64,000 nt of DNA from an uncultured Pelagibacteraceae bacterium (GTDB taxonomy: Bacteria; Pseudomonadota; Alphaproteobacteria; Pelagibacterales; Pelagibacteraceae): contig CACCYQ010000002.1 of the NCBI GenBank assembly GCA_902550285.1, positions 8,030 to 72,029 of the forward strand, read 5' to 3'. The notes below the pieces were generated by a model that had not been told where the DNA came from, did no database searches, and was given only the letters and a program-made list of their open reading frames with translations. The position numbers and the translations under genes are program-made. Positions 1 to 9,972 of the stretch are shown one piece after another; within the stretch, counting starts at the first letter, position 1; every line of letters begins with the position of its first letter.

Positions 1-2
1 AC

Positions 3-125
3 GAACTGTTATTTAAACTTTATGTTCAAACAAATAGAGTTGATCTAGCAAAAGAAAGATTAAAAGCACTAGAAAATTGTAATTGTAGCCAATATCAATT
101 ATTAAAAAAAATTATAGTTCAATAA
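3..125 (+). CDS. 3' end of a gene cut by the window edge, probably a small TPR-like protein
   Basis: Frame 3 reads ELLFKLYVQTNRVDLAKERLKALENCNCSQYQLLKKIIVQ* (TAA 123-125) and is followed directly by a terminator hairpin. Confidence 0.6.
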   Translation, partial: ELLFKLYVQTNRVDLAKERLKALENCNCSQYQLLKKIIVQ

Positions 126-127
126 AT

Positions 128-159
128 ATACTCACCGCACTAAAAAGTGCGGTGAGTAT
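128..159. terminator. Intrinsic terminator hairpin between convergent genes, probably bidirectional
   Basis: Perfect 14-bp stem ATACTCACCGCACT / AAAA / AGTGCGGTGAGTAT. Confidence 0.85.
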
Positions 160-178
160 TATCAATTAAAAACGATAT

Positions 179-1582
179 TTATTTACCTGAAGATAGGTTA
201 TGAATTATAGCGCCTAAAGCAGCACCAATAATCCACGCGTATCCACCTAGACTTGATAAAGATGGATGCCAAACAGTTGCAACTGAAAAAACACCTGCAA
301 TTATCCATGCCACAAATGCTTTTGTATTCCAACCGTCATTGTAGTAATAAGCTCCTCTTGGTGAAGATGAGAATAGATCACTTTCTTTAATCTTTTGTTT
401 CTTGATTATGTAATAATCTACAATCATAATTCCATACACAGGTGCTAGAATTGCTCCTAGTGTATTTACAAATGGAAACATTCCAACTTGGCTTATGAAA
501 GAAACCCATAAAGCACCAATTATAAAACCAACTATTGCAGTAATTAAACCACCTGTTCTGAAGTTAATTTTATCAGGCATTAAGTTTGATAAATCGTAGG
601 CTGGTGGAACAAAGTTTGCTACTAAGTTTATACCAATTGTTGCTGCAAAAAATGCAAATGCTGCAATAACAGTTAAACCTAAATGTCCAACTCTTTCAAC
701 AATATCCGTTGGGTTAGTTAATGTTTCACCAAATACTGCTACGGTACCCGCAGTTACCATTAAAGCAATAAATGAAAATAAAACTATATTTCCTGGAAGA
801 CCCCAAAGATTTCCTTTTCTCATTTCTGCTTCATTTTTAACGAAACGTGAGAAATCTCCAAAGTTAATTACTACAGCAGCAAAATATGCAACCATAGTTC
901 CAAATATAGCTAGGAATGCTCCAAAAGAACTGCCTTCATAGCTTCCTGTTCCTGCAAAAATGTTTCCTACCTCAGAAAGTAAACCTCCGCCTGCTTTTGA
1001 CCAAATCATAATCATTAATATTATCATGATTGCATAAACCGCAGGTCCAGCAAAGTTTAAGAACTTTCTAATTAATTCAATACCATTCCAAAATAACCAA
1101 ACTTGGAAACCAGCAACAATAATGAATGATATCCACATGGTGCCATCCATACCAAGGAATTGACTTCCTCCGCCTTCGGCTCCTAATGCTCTAAATAACA
1201 ATGCAACAGCAGTAGCTGCAAAATATGTTTGTGCTCCATACCAAAACATTGCAACAATACCTCTGGTCATTGCAGGAAAGTTTGCTCCTGTTATTCCCAT
1301 ACTTACTCTTGCAAATACTGGATATGGTATTCCATGTTTAACACTCGGCTTACCTGAAAGGTTAACCAGCCACATAATAAAAAAACCAGCTAAAATTATT
1401 GCTAGAAATACAGCCCATCCATTAAGGCCATACGTTAAGAACAAAGATGCTGCCAAAGTATATCCAAATAAACTTTGTACATCATTTGCCCATACATTAA
1501 AGATTTCAAACCATCCCCAATTTTTATCTTTTTTGGGTGTTGGTGCTAAATCTTTATTATATAATTTTGAAGATCTTGCCAT
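179..1582 (-). CDS. NCS1 family nucleobase:cation symporter (uracil/allantoin/cytosine permease type)
   Basis: 467 aa with about 12 TM segments; motifs HGIPYPVFARVSMG, WYGAQT, NFGDFSRF, INLVAN; SD GGAGGG upstream. Confidence 0.9.
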   Translation of the reverse strand: MARSSKLYNKDLAPTPKKDKNWGWFEIFNVWANDVQSLFGYTLAASLFLTYGLNGWAVFLAIILAGFFIMWLVNLSGKPSVKHGIPYPVFARVSMGITGANFPAMTRGIVAMFWYGAQTYFAATAVALLFRALGAEGGGSQFLGMDGTMWISFIIVAGFQVWLFWNGIELIRKFLNFAGPAVYAIMIILMIMIWSKAGGGLLSEVGNIFAGTGSYEGSSFGAFLAIFGTMVAYFAAVVINFGDFSRFVKNEAEMRKGNLWGLPGNIVLFSFIALMVTAGTVAVFGETLTNPTDIVERVGHLGLTVIAAFAFFAATIGINLVANFVPPAYDLSNLMPDKINFRTGGLITAIVGFIIGALWVSFISQVGMFPFVNTLGAILAPVYGIMIVDYYIIKKQKIKESDLFSSSPRGAYYYNDGWNTKAFVAWIIAGVFSVATVWHPSLSSLGGYAWIIGAALGAIIHNLSSGK

Positions 1583-1712
1583 CTTCCCTCCTTGTTGTTG
1601 TTAACGCTAAACAATTTGATGAGTAATGTAAATAATTAATTACCATGTGTAAATTAGCTTTAGTTTGCAACAATAAAATACTCAAAATGGTTTATTATTT
1701 TTTCTATTTTCT

Positions 1713-3023
1713 CTAATTGATATTTTGGACCATTTTTTGTGGAAGCCACAAAGCAATCTCAGGAAAAATTATTATCACAAAAACAGCTACTATCATTAAT
1801 AGGAATAATGGAAATGCGCTTCTTGCAATATAACCCATATCTTTATTTGCCATTCCTTGTAATACAAATAAATTAAATCCAACTGGAGGTGTAATCTGTG
1901 CCATTTCTACTACAACTACCAAAAAAATACCGAACCAAATCATATCAAATCCCGCCTGTCTAATCATAGGTTCAATTATTGCCATTGTAAGAACAACTGC
2001 TGATATGCCGTCAAGAAACATTCCAAGTATTATATAAAAAACCATTAAAACTATAATTAAAATATAAGGTGAAAGCTCCATACCCTCTATCCAAATTGCT
2101 AAATTTCTAGGAAGTCCAGTAAAGCCCATGGCAAGAGAAAGAAAACTAGAACCTGCTAGAATAAATGCAATCATACATGATGTTTTTGTTGCACCTAATA
2201 AAGATTCTTTGAATGTTTGTATTGTTAAACTTTTTTGTAAGTATGATAACAATAGTGCACCCACAACTCCAAGAGATGCTGCTTCTGTCGCCGTTGCAAT
2301 TCCAGTATATATAGATCCTATTACTGCCAATATTAATATTATAACAGGTAAAAGTTTTTTTGAACGACGAATTTTTTCAAAAAGAGAAAAATTTTCAAAA
2401 GATTTAGGCATTAATTTTTTATTAATTAAAGACCAAACAATTACATAAAACATAAATAATATAGCGATCATTATTCCAGGTAGAATTCCAGCAATAAATA
2501 ATTTTGCTATAGATTCTTGAACTGTGACGCCATAAATAATTAAGATTATAGATGGTGGTATTAACAAGCCTAAAGTCCCAGAACCCGCAAGGCTTCCTAG
2601 TAATATTTTTTCTGGATAATTTCGTTTTCTTAGTTCGGGAATTGACATTTTACCAACAGTTGCAACGGTAGCAGCAGAAGATCCAGATATTGCTGCAAAT
2701 AAAGCACATCCAACCACATTTACATGAATTAATCCTCCTGGAAGTTTTTGCATCCATGGAGATAAACCTTCAAATAAATTTTCAGATAATTTTGTCCTAA
2801 ACAATATTTCACCCATCCAAACAAACAATGGCAATGCAGTAAGTGTCCAAGAAGAAGTAGTTCCCCATATTGTAGTAGCCATAGCATCTCCTACTGGTCT
2901 TGATGTAAATAGCATCATACCAAAAGCAGATACTCCAATCATACTAATGGCTACCCAAATACCAGTGCCTAGAAAAAACAACAAAATGCTAATAAAAAAT
3001 ATTGTTAAAAATATTTCAGTCAT
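1713..3023 (-). CDS. dctM: TRAP transporter large permease
   Basis: Motifs ALPLFVWMGE, FAAISGSSAAT, GTLGLLIPPS, ATATEAA, ITPPVGFNLFV. Confidence 0.93.
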   Translation of the reverse strand: MTEIFLTIFFISILLFFLGTGIWVAISMIGVSAFGMMLFTSRPVGDAMATTIWGTTSSWTLTALPLFVWMGEILFRTKLSENLFEGLSPWMQKLPGGLIHVNVVGCALFAAISGSSAATVATVGKMSIPELRKRNYPEKILLGSLAGSGTLGLLIPPSIILIIYGVTVQESIAKLFIAGILPGIMIAILFMFYVIVWSLINKKLMPKSFENFSLFEKIRRSKKLLPVIILILAVIGSIYTGIATATEAASLGVVGALLLSYLQKSLTIQTFKESLLGATKTSCMIAFILAGSSFLSLAMGFTGLPRNLAIWIEGMELSPYILIIVLMVFYIILGMFLDGISAVVLTMAIIEPMIRQAGFDMIWFGIFLVVVVEMAQITPPVGFNLFVLQGMANKDMGYIARSAFPLFLLMIVAVFVIIIFPEIALWLPQKMVQNIN

Positions 3024-3504
3024 TTTTTTTAAAAATTTTTAAAATTAGTTGATGAGATATACATATAAAAAAAATTGTAGAACCTAGGGCGACACTAGTT
3101 TGAGGAATCCAAATTAAAATTTCATCTGCACCCTCACTTCTTTCCTGAAACTTATATGAAATTATAAGCATTTTAATAAAATAGTAGGCTAAGTAACCTG
3201 AAAAATATGTAGCAATGATTAGACACCACATTTCTAAAAAAATTTTTTTTGTTTTAGAAACTTTTTCTAAAAATAAAGTTATTCTTATGTGTCCACCTTC
3301 AACAAAAGTATAAGCTAAAGCAAAAAAAGATGCTGCTGCCATACAATATCCTGAATACTCTGCCAATCCTCTAATATAAAAACCAAATATTCTTGAAGAT
3401 ATTCCAATTAAAATAAATACAGCTACAAAAATTAAAAAAACTGAAGCAATAAATCCAGAAAAATTGTATAATTTTCTTAAGTTCTTATCTATTGATTTAA
3501 GCAT
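3016..3504 (-). CDS. dctQ: TRAP transporter small permease
   Basis: Four TM segments with a GGHIRIT motif, located between dctP and dctM. Start moved to ATG 3504 because the upstream ATGs lie inside a hairpin. Confidence 0.88.
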   Translation of the reverse strand: MLKSIDKNLRKLYNFSGFIASVFLIFVAVFILIGISSRIFGFYIRGLAEYSGYCMAAASFFALAYTFVEGGHIRITLFLEKVSKTKKIFLEMWCLIIATYFSGYLAYYFIKMLIISYKFQERSEGADEILIWIPQTSVALGSTIFFICISHQLILKIFKKND

Positions 3505-3511
3505 TATTTTG

Positions 3512-3542
3512 ATTAAGGCCATCATAAATAGATGGCCTTAAT
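3512..3542 (-). terminator. Hairpin between dctP and dctQ (partial terminator or mRNA stabiliser)
   Basis: 12-bp stem ATTAAGGCCATC / ATAAATA / GATGGCCTTAAT. Confidence 0.7.
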
Positions 3543-3553
3543 AAATTAGATAA

Positions 3554-4525
3554 TTAATTATAAGATGCTAAAACCGCTGCACCTCTAGAACCAGCCTTAT
3601 CAGACCATTCTTGTGACATTTTTGCTCCAACTTCTTCAAAATGCGCTTTTAATTGTGCATTTACTTTTCCAACTGCCATGCCTGCATCTGCTAAAGCTTT
3701 TTTGTCTGCAACATTGCCTTTTTTAGATAAATTCCAGCCTTTTCTTTCTGCTAAAGCTGCTTGTTGCATAACTAGATCTTGCGTAGCACTATCAAGTTTA
3801 TTCCATGCATCTTTGTTTACTATCACCATATTTTTTGGAAACCATGCTGCAATATCGTAAAAATATTTTACACCATTTTCCCATATTTTTTTGTTTTTGC
3901 CTGTTGTTGGTGAAGTAATCATACTTTCAACTGCGCCTGTTGAAAATGCTTGACTGATTTCAGCAGCTTCAATTTTGGTAGGTGCCATTCCTGTAAGTTC
4001 AGCAATTCTTATTGTTGCAGAATTATATGCTCGAAATTTTAAACCTTTTAGATCGTCTACACTATTAATTGCCTTTTTACTGTACAATCCTTGAGCAGGC
4101 CACGGCACTGCATACAAAAATACAAGTCCCTTAGAGTCCAAACTTTTAACAATTTCATCTTTCGATGCTTTATAAAGTTTCATTGCATCCGAATAAGAAG
4201 TTGCTAAAAAAGGTTGAGAGTCTATTTCTAACAAAGGATCTTCTTTACCCAATGCTGACATAAACCTTTCACCTATTTGTGCTTGTCCAGTTCTAACGGC
4301 TCTGAAAATTTCTCCACCCTTAAATAGTGATCCACCAGGGTGAGTCACAATTGTTAACTTTCCACCACTTTTCTCAGTAACATTTTTAGCAAACTCTGTT
4401 GCATTTGCAGAATGAAAATTTCCCGCTCCATATGCAAGTGCCATATCCCATTTTTCAGCTAGAGATACGCTTGAAAAAATTACTAGAGAAGCAATAGTAG
4501 ATAAAAAATATTTAAATAACTTCAT
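3554..4525 (-). CDS. dctP: TRAP transporter substrate-binding protein
   Basis: Signal peptide; HPGGSL, DLKGLKFRAY; SD GGAGG upstream. Confidence 0.92.
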   Translation of the reverse strand: MKLFKYFLSTIASLVIFSSVSLAEKWDMALAYGAGNFHSANATEFAKNVTEKSGGKLTIVTHPGGSLFKGGEIFRAVRTGQAQIGERFMSALGKEDPLLEIDSQPFLATSYSDAMKLYKASKDEIVKSLDSKGLVFLYAVPWPAQGLYSKKAINSVDDLKGLKFRAYNSATIRIAELTGMAPTKIEAAEISQAFSTGAVESMITSPTTGKNKKIWENGVKYFYDIAAWFPKNMVIVNKDAWNKLDSATQDLVMQQAALAERKGWNLSKKGNVADKKALADAGMAVGKVNAQLKAHFEEVGAKMSQEWSDKAGSRGAAVLASYN

Positions 4526-4638
4526 TTATCCTCCATTTATAATTTCTCTATTTGATTATGTTAAAAAAATTAAATCAATAAGAAATTTCTACTACTTTTG
4601 ATTGAATACAAAAAAAAATACTATATTATAGAATTATC

Positions 4639-5250
4639 TTGTTAGAAGAATCTATAGTTTTAGTTCAGATAATTTTTATTGATGTAATAATGGCTGCTGA
4701 TAATGCCATTATAATTGGAATGATTGCTGCAAGCTTTGCTCCAAAACATAGAAATCAAATTATACTGTGGGGAGTTATAGGTGCTTTAATTTTTAGAATC
4801 ATATTTGCTTTCTTTGCTTCTTATTTATTTGGATTTCCATATATAAAAATTATTGGTGGTCTTTTATTAATTTGGATAGTAAATGATTTGAGAAGAGATT
4901 TATTCAATTTCAAAAAGATAAAATCACCGACTAAAGTATCTAAAGAACCATCTTATATTCAGAGTGTTTATAAAGTTTTGTTTGCAGACATCACTTTAAG
5001 TTTTGATAACGTAATTGGAGTAGTCGGTGCAGCTAAGAATAATTATAATTTAATGATATTTGGATTATTTTTGTCAGTTGTTTTAGTTGTTACTCTTGCA
5101 AGATATTTTGCAGAACAGATTAAAAATCATCAATGGTTTGGTTACTTGGGATTATTTATAATTTTAATTGTTGCTTTACAATTAATAATTGGTGGCTTAG
5201 TAGATTTAAATATTTTACAAATAAATGAAGGTTTTAAAAAATTCTTTTAA
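4639..5250 (+). CDS. TerC/YjbE family integral membrane protein
   Basis: Motifs DNAIIIG and ADITLSFDNVIGV; TTG start. Confidence 0.85.
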   Translation: MLEESIVLVQIIFIDVIMAADNAIIIGMIAASFAPKHRNQIILWGVIGALIFRIIFAFFASYLFGFPYIKIIGGLLLIWIVNDLRRDLFNFKKIKSPTKVSKEPSYIQSVYKVLFADITLSFDNVIGVVGAAKNNYNLMIFGLFLSVVLVVTLARYFAEQIKNHQWFGYLGLFIILIVALQLIIGGLVDLNILQINEGFKKFF

Positions 5251-5253
5251 CAA

Positions 5254-5685
5254 TTAAGACTCATTATTTGTGTCAAAGTTTTTTAATCTTTTTTCTATCG
5301 AATCTTTTTTTTCACAAAGACTATTACATGCAATCTCAAATCTTTTTTGAAGCTCTTTTGCTTCAGTGAAATTGGACCTTTCTAGCTTTATATCAATTAA
5401 CATGTAAAGTGCTTCTTCATTTTTTGGATCTAATAACAATGTTGTATTTACATTTTTTAATTCTTCATTTTCATTTTCTTCAATTTCAAAAATTTTTGCA
5501 AGATATAAATATGATTCTGCATGTTTTGGATTAAAAACAATATTTCTTTGAAACAAAAATTTTGATTTTTCATATTTTTTTTTGTTGAACAAATTCTTTG
5601 CTTCTGCAAAAAAACTTTCTTTAGATGAAGCATTATTGAAATTCAAAAAGAATAAAAATATAGTAAATGCAAAGAGAGTTTTCAT
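5254..5685 (-). CDS. Secreted tetratricopeptide-repeat protein
   Basis: Signal peptide; TPR-like segments NPKHAESYLYLAKIF and DPKNEEALY. Confidence 0.75.
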   Translation of the reverse strand: MKTLFAFTIFLFFLNFNNASSKESFFAEAKNLFNKKKYEKSKFLFQRNIVFNPKHAESYLYLAKIFEIEENENEELKNVNTTLLLDPKNEEALYMLIDIKLERSNFTEAKELQKRFEIACNSLCEKKDSIEKRLKNFDTNNES

Positions 5686-5725
5686 AAATTTATCAACATT
5701 ATCTATATCTAATTATTAAAAAATT

Positions 5726-6337
5726 CTAAAGTATATTTTTGCATATAATAAAGCTTTCTTTAGATTCTTTTCGGCTTGCTTGAGGCTTATATATTCTAAT
5801 TTCTTTAAAAGTACTTTTGGCCTCCTTAACAATATCATTAAATGCAGCCCCCATGAAAATTTTAGAAACAAATATACCTTTTGAATTTAATATTTCTCTA
5901 GAAAATTCAATTGCAGATATACAAAGCTCTCCGGTTGAAATTGAGTCTACATATTTATTTCCTGTAGTATTGGCTGCCATATCTGAGAGGATAACATCTA
6001 CTTTATTTTTAAAATAATTTTTTATTTTATTTTGATAGCTGGTGTCCGTAAAATCTCCTACAATTTGAAATGTATTTTCTATTTGCTCTATATGTTGAGT
6101 ATCTATAGATAAAATTTTACCATTTTTAATTTTTTTTGCAGCGTATTGTGACCAACTTCCTGGGGCTGCGCCTAAATCTATTAATGAAATTCCATTTTTA
6201 AAAATTTTGTACTTTTCATCTATTTCTTTTAATTTAAAAACTGCCCTGGATCTATAGCCTTCTTTTTTTGACATTCTAACATATAAATCTCTTCTTTGTT
6301 TATTGATCCAGTTTTTTGATATTTTGTTTTTTGGCAA
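5726..6337 (-). CDS. rlmE: 23S rRNA Um2552 2'-O-methyltransferase RlmE/FtsJ
   Basis: GYRSRAVFKL, DLGAAPGSWSQ, ILSDMA, KPQASRKESKE. Confidence 0.95.
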   Translation of the reverse strand: MPKNKISKNWINKQRRDLYVRMSKKEGYRSRAVFKLKEIDEKYKIFKNGISLIDLGAAPGSWSQYAAKKIKNGKILSIDTQHIEQIENTFQIVGDFTDTSYQNKIKNYFKNKVDVILSDMAANTTGNKYVDSISTGELCISAIEFSREILNSKGIFVSKIFMGAAFNDIVKEAKSTFKEIRIYKPQASRKESKESFIICKNIL

Positions 6338-7237
6338 TTACTTATTAAATCTTAATTTTTTTTTTATATTTTTTCCATCAAGAGTTTCGATTTCGCTTAA
6401 ATATTCTTTGTTATATCTTATGTGATCATTATTCTTTCCAGCTAAGTGTATTATTCCTATTTTGTGATGTGGCAAGTAATACTCCACAAGAGTATTTTGA
6501 ATTTGATCATATTTTAATTTATTTATTAAAGTCCAATTACAGTAAGCAGGTAGTATTTCCACTGGAAGCTCATCAACATAAATAGTTATATTCATAGCAA
6601 TTTGTTCTGATCCCCAAATTTTTCCCTTGCTTAAAGCTTGTTTTAAATTTTTTTGCCATACTTGCCAATGAGGAGCATTTTTTTCTAATGAAAATACCCC
6701 TATATTTAAATGAGGCATTAATGCAACTTTTCTTGCTATTTTTTCTGAAAAACCCGATGATTTGGCATGTTTGTAGTTTTGTGATTTTATTGTTGCGAGA
6801 CTTTTTAAAAACCACTCTGCACGTAACACTCTACCGTACGATCGATCTGCAGAAGTTGATATTGCCAATTTATTATTATTGCATCCCTTAAAATAAAGTT
6901 CTATTGCTTCCCAGGAATTTACCCACGCATCTGCATCTATCCATAAATATTTCTCATATCCAGGGAAATAGTTTGGAATAAAAGCTCTTGATACCTGACT
7001 TTTTAGCCATTCTTTTTGACCAATTTTGTGTTTTGGCACTTCAATATCCCAATTTGCATCTTTAATTTCGTCTACTTTTTTTGAAAGGGATTCAACTTCA
7101 TTATTTTTAAGTCCTGCATTTAAAATACATATTGCAATGTTTTTACTTTCTTCAAATCTTTTTATTGAATCAATCAGCTCATTTAATAATTCAAAATAAT
7201 TAGAATCTGCAAGAGAAATAATTACATTTTTTTTCAT
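6338..7237 (-). CDS. Glycosyltransferase, GT8-like (GT-A fold)
   Basis: DxD in WIDADAW; NIGVF, EQIAMN and IIHLAG follow the GT8 motif order. Confidence 0.7.
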   Translation of the reverse strand: MKKNVIISLADSNYFELLNELIDSIKRFEESKNIAICILNAGLKNNEVESLSKKVDEIKDANWDIEVPKHKIGQKEWLKSQVSRAFIPNYFPGYEKYLWIDADAWVNSWEAIELYFKGCNNNKLAISTSADRSYGRVLRAEWFLKSLATIKSQNYKHAKSSGFSEKIARKVALMPHLNIGVFSLEKNAPHWQVWQKNLKQALSKGKIWGSEQIAMNITIYVDELPVEILPAYCNWTLINKLKYDQIQNTLVEYYLPHHKIGIIHLAGKNNDHIRYNKEYLSEIETLDGKNIKKKLRFNK

Positions 7238-8031
7238 TATAAAATATCTTCATGTTCATTATTTTCATCTTGAAAATTATATTTTTTTCTTATTTTAAGA
7301 TAATGAATTGTACTTATTGGTATTATTAAAAAGTAGACTAATGCTGATAAAACTATAGCATTAAAAGTATAGATCAAAATTAAACCAAAATAAAAAACTA
7401 TTCCCAACAATAGAAAAATTGTAAAATTTCTTTGTACTTTAATTTTTTTAAATGAATAAGTAGGTATTTTGCTAATTAAAAGTATAGAAACTACAATAAA
7501 AAGAATTGGTACAAAAAAATCGTAATTTAATTTTATTATTTGAAACTCACTAAAACTATAAACTAATGGCATAAGAACAAGCACTCCTCCAGCCGGAGAT
7601 GGTATTCCTTCAAAAAAATTATCTCTCCAGGATGGGTCTGCTTCTGAACTTACATTAAATCTTGCTAGTCTCAGCGCTACACACATAACATATATCAGAC
7701 AAATCAACCAACCTATTCTCCCTATTTGATTTAAAGACCAAAAATACATTATAAATGCCGGAGCAACACCAAAACTAATTACATCTGTTAAAGAATCTAA
7801 TTCTTTACCAACTCTAGATGTTCCTTTTATGAGTCTTGCAATACGACCATCAAGACCATCTATAATGGCTGCAACAATTATAGCTATTATTGAAAATTGA
7901 AAATTTCCATCGAATGCAAATTTTATAGAACTTAAACCAATGCAAACACCTACTAAAGTAAACATATTCGGCAATATAACTCTTGTTTTTTTATCAGAAA
8001 CTAGTTTAATTTTATTTTTTGGTTGTTCCAT
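7237..8031 (-). CDS. pssA: CDP-diacylglycerol--serine O-phosphatidyltransferase
   Basis: CDP-alcohol phosphotransferase motif DGLDGRIAR...GKELDSLTDVISFGVAP; LRLARFN; adjacent to psd. Confidence 0.93.
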   Translation of the reverse strand: MEQPKNKIKLVSDKKTRVILPNMFTLVGVCIGLSSIKFAFDGNFQFSIIAIIVAAIIDGLDGRIARLIKGTSRVGKELDSLTDVISFGVAPAFIMYFWSLNQIGRIGWLICLIYVMCVALRLARFNVSSEADPSWRDNFFEGIPSPAGGVLVLMPLVYSFSEFQIIKLNYDFFVPILFIVVSILLISKIPTYSFKKIKVQRNFTIFLLLGIVFYFGLILIYTFNAIVLSALVYFLIIPISTIHYLKIRKKYNFQDENNEHEDIL

Positions 8032-8034
8032 TTA

Positions 8035-8682
8035 TTATTTTTTTGCAATCAATGTTTCTCCTGCAATTGTTTTTTGGTTAATTTTAACTAGTGGTTTATA
8101 ATTTTCGTAAAATATATCAACTCTACTACCAAATCTGATCATACCTATACGTTCTCCTTGTTTAAGTTCTTGATCTTTTGAAACTTCAGTAACTATTCTT
8201 CTTGCAATCAATCCTGCTATTTGCACAACAATTATTTCTTCTCCTAAATTGTTTTTAATTTTATAGTAATTTCTTTCATTGTCCTCACTAGCTTTATCTA
8301 GCGATGCATTTATAAATTTTCCCGGTTTATAAAAAATTTCAGAAACAGTTCCTGAACATGGTGTACGATTAACATGGCAGTCAAATACATTCATGAAAAT
8401 ACTAATTTTATTGTACTTTTTGTTTTCAAGTCCAAGCTCTTTTGGTCCATTTGTTTCTAATATTTGTAATATTTCTCCATCTGCAGGACTTATTAAATAG
8501 TTTTCATCTTCTATAGAAACTCTATCTGGATCTCTAAAGAAATAATAACACCAAATTGTTAGAACTAAGCCTATGAAACCTAAAAAGCCATTAATTAAAT
8601 ATAGAACAATTGTTAATACTACAAATATTACTATAAATCTGTATCCCTCGTTATGCAGTTTTGGAAATATTTTATCTATCAT
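8035..8682 (-). CDS. psd: Phosphatidylserine decarboxylase proenzyme
   Basis: FFRDP, SPADG, HVNRTP, IRFGSRVD cleavage motif; likely start MIDKIF at 8682. Confidence 0.93.
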   Translation of the reverse strand: MIDKIFPKLHNEGYRFIVIFVVLTIVLYLINGFLGFIGLVLTIWCYYFFRDPDRVSIEDENYLISPADGEILQILETNGPKELGLENKKYNKISIFMNVFDCHVNRTPCSGTVSEIFYKPGKFINASLDKASEDNERNYYKIKNNLGEEIIVVQIAGLIARRIVTEVSKDQELKQGERIGMIRFGSRVDIFYENYKPLVKINQKTIAGETLIAKK

Positions 8683-8757
8683 GATCGTATATTTGGCAAT
8701 TTTAGAGTAATATGTATATAAGATGGTGAAATTCAACTATTAAGATACATCTAAATT

Positions 8758-9972
8758 ATGAGCAAAATTAAGGTAAAAAATCCAATTGTAGAGCTAGATG
8801 GTGACGAAATGACCAGAATAATTTGGAAATTTATAAAAGATAAATTAATTTTTCCTTATTTGGATCTAAAAATTGAATATTACGACTTAGGCATGAAGAG
8901 TCGTGATGAAACTGGAGATCAAATAACTATCGATTGTGCTAATGCAATTAAAAAAAATGGTGTTGGAATTAAGTGTGCAACAATAACTCCTGATGAAGGA
9001 AGAGTAAAAGAATTTAATTTAAAAAAAATGTGGAGATCTCCAAATGGGACAATAAGAAATATATTGGGTGGAACAGTTTTTAGAGAACCTATAATGTGTA
9101 AAAATATTCCAAAATTAGTTCCTAGCTGGACTAATCCAATTTGTATAGGCAGGCATGCTTTTGGCGATCAATATAGAGCAACAGATTTTAAAGTTCCAGG
9201 AAAAGGAAAATTAGAAATGAAATGGACATCGGAAGATGGAAAAGAAAAAAAAGAATTTGAAGTTTTTAACTTCCCTGGACCAGGAGTTGCTTTATCAATG
9301 TATAACTTGGATCAATCCATAAAAGATTTTGCCAGGGCGTGTATGAACTATGGTCTGAATAGAAAATGGCCTGTTTATCTATCTACAAAAAATACAATTT
9401 TAAAAAAATACGATGGCAGATTTAAAGATTTATTCCAAGAAGTTTATGAGAAGGAATTTAAGCAAAAATTTGAAGAAAGAAAAATAACTTATGAACATAG
9501 ATTAATTGATGACATGGTTGCATGTGCAATGAAATGGAATGGAAACTATATTTGGGCATGTAAAAACTATGATGGTGATGTTCAATCCGATACAGTTGCT
9601 CAAGGATTCGGATCATTAGGTCTAATGTCAAGTGTATTAATGACCCCAGATGGTAAAACTTTAGAAGCTGAAGCTGCACATGGCACAGTAACCAGACATT
9701 ATAGATTACACCAACAAGGTAAAGAAACCTCAACCAACCCAGTAGCTTCGATATTTGCCTGGGCAAGAGGACTTTATCATAGAGGTAAATTAGATGGAAA
9801 TGACGAATTAAAAAAATTTGTAAAAAATTTAGAAAAAGTTTGTATAGAAACAGTCGAAAGTGGATCTATGACAAAAGACTTGGCCATTTTGATTGGTCCA
9901 TCTACAAAATACCTAACTACTAATCAGTTCTTAGATAAAATAGAAAACAATTTAAAGAAAAAACTAAATTAA
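8758..9972 (+). CDS. icd: NADP-dependent isocitrate dehydrogenase
   Basis: [45 protein letters not shown]. Confidence 0.97.
   Translation: MSKIKVKNPIVELDGDEMTRIIWKFIKDKLIFPYLDLKIEYYDLGMKSRDETGDQITIDCANAIKKNGVGIKCATITPDEGRVKEFNLKKMWRSPNGTIRNILGGTVFREPIMCKNIPKLVPSWTNPICIGRHAFGDQYRATDFKVPGKGKLEMKWTSEDGKEKKEFEVFNFPGPGVALSMYNLDQSIKDFARACMNYGLNRKWPVYLSTKNTILKKYDGRFKDLFQEVYEKEFKQKFEERKITYEHRLIDDMVACAMKWNGNYIWACKNYDGDVQSDTVAQGFGSLGLMSSVLMTPDGKTLEAEAAHGTVTRHYRLHQQGKETSTNPVASIFAWARGLYHRGKLDGNDELKKFVKNLEKVCIETVESGSMTKDLAILIGPSTKYLTTNQFLDKIENNLKKKLN

Noticed and set aside
4541-4587. Imperfect inverted repeat upstream of dctP as a riboswitch
   Set aside because: Almost entirely A/T, needs bulges, and shows no recognisable aptamer motif
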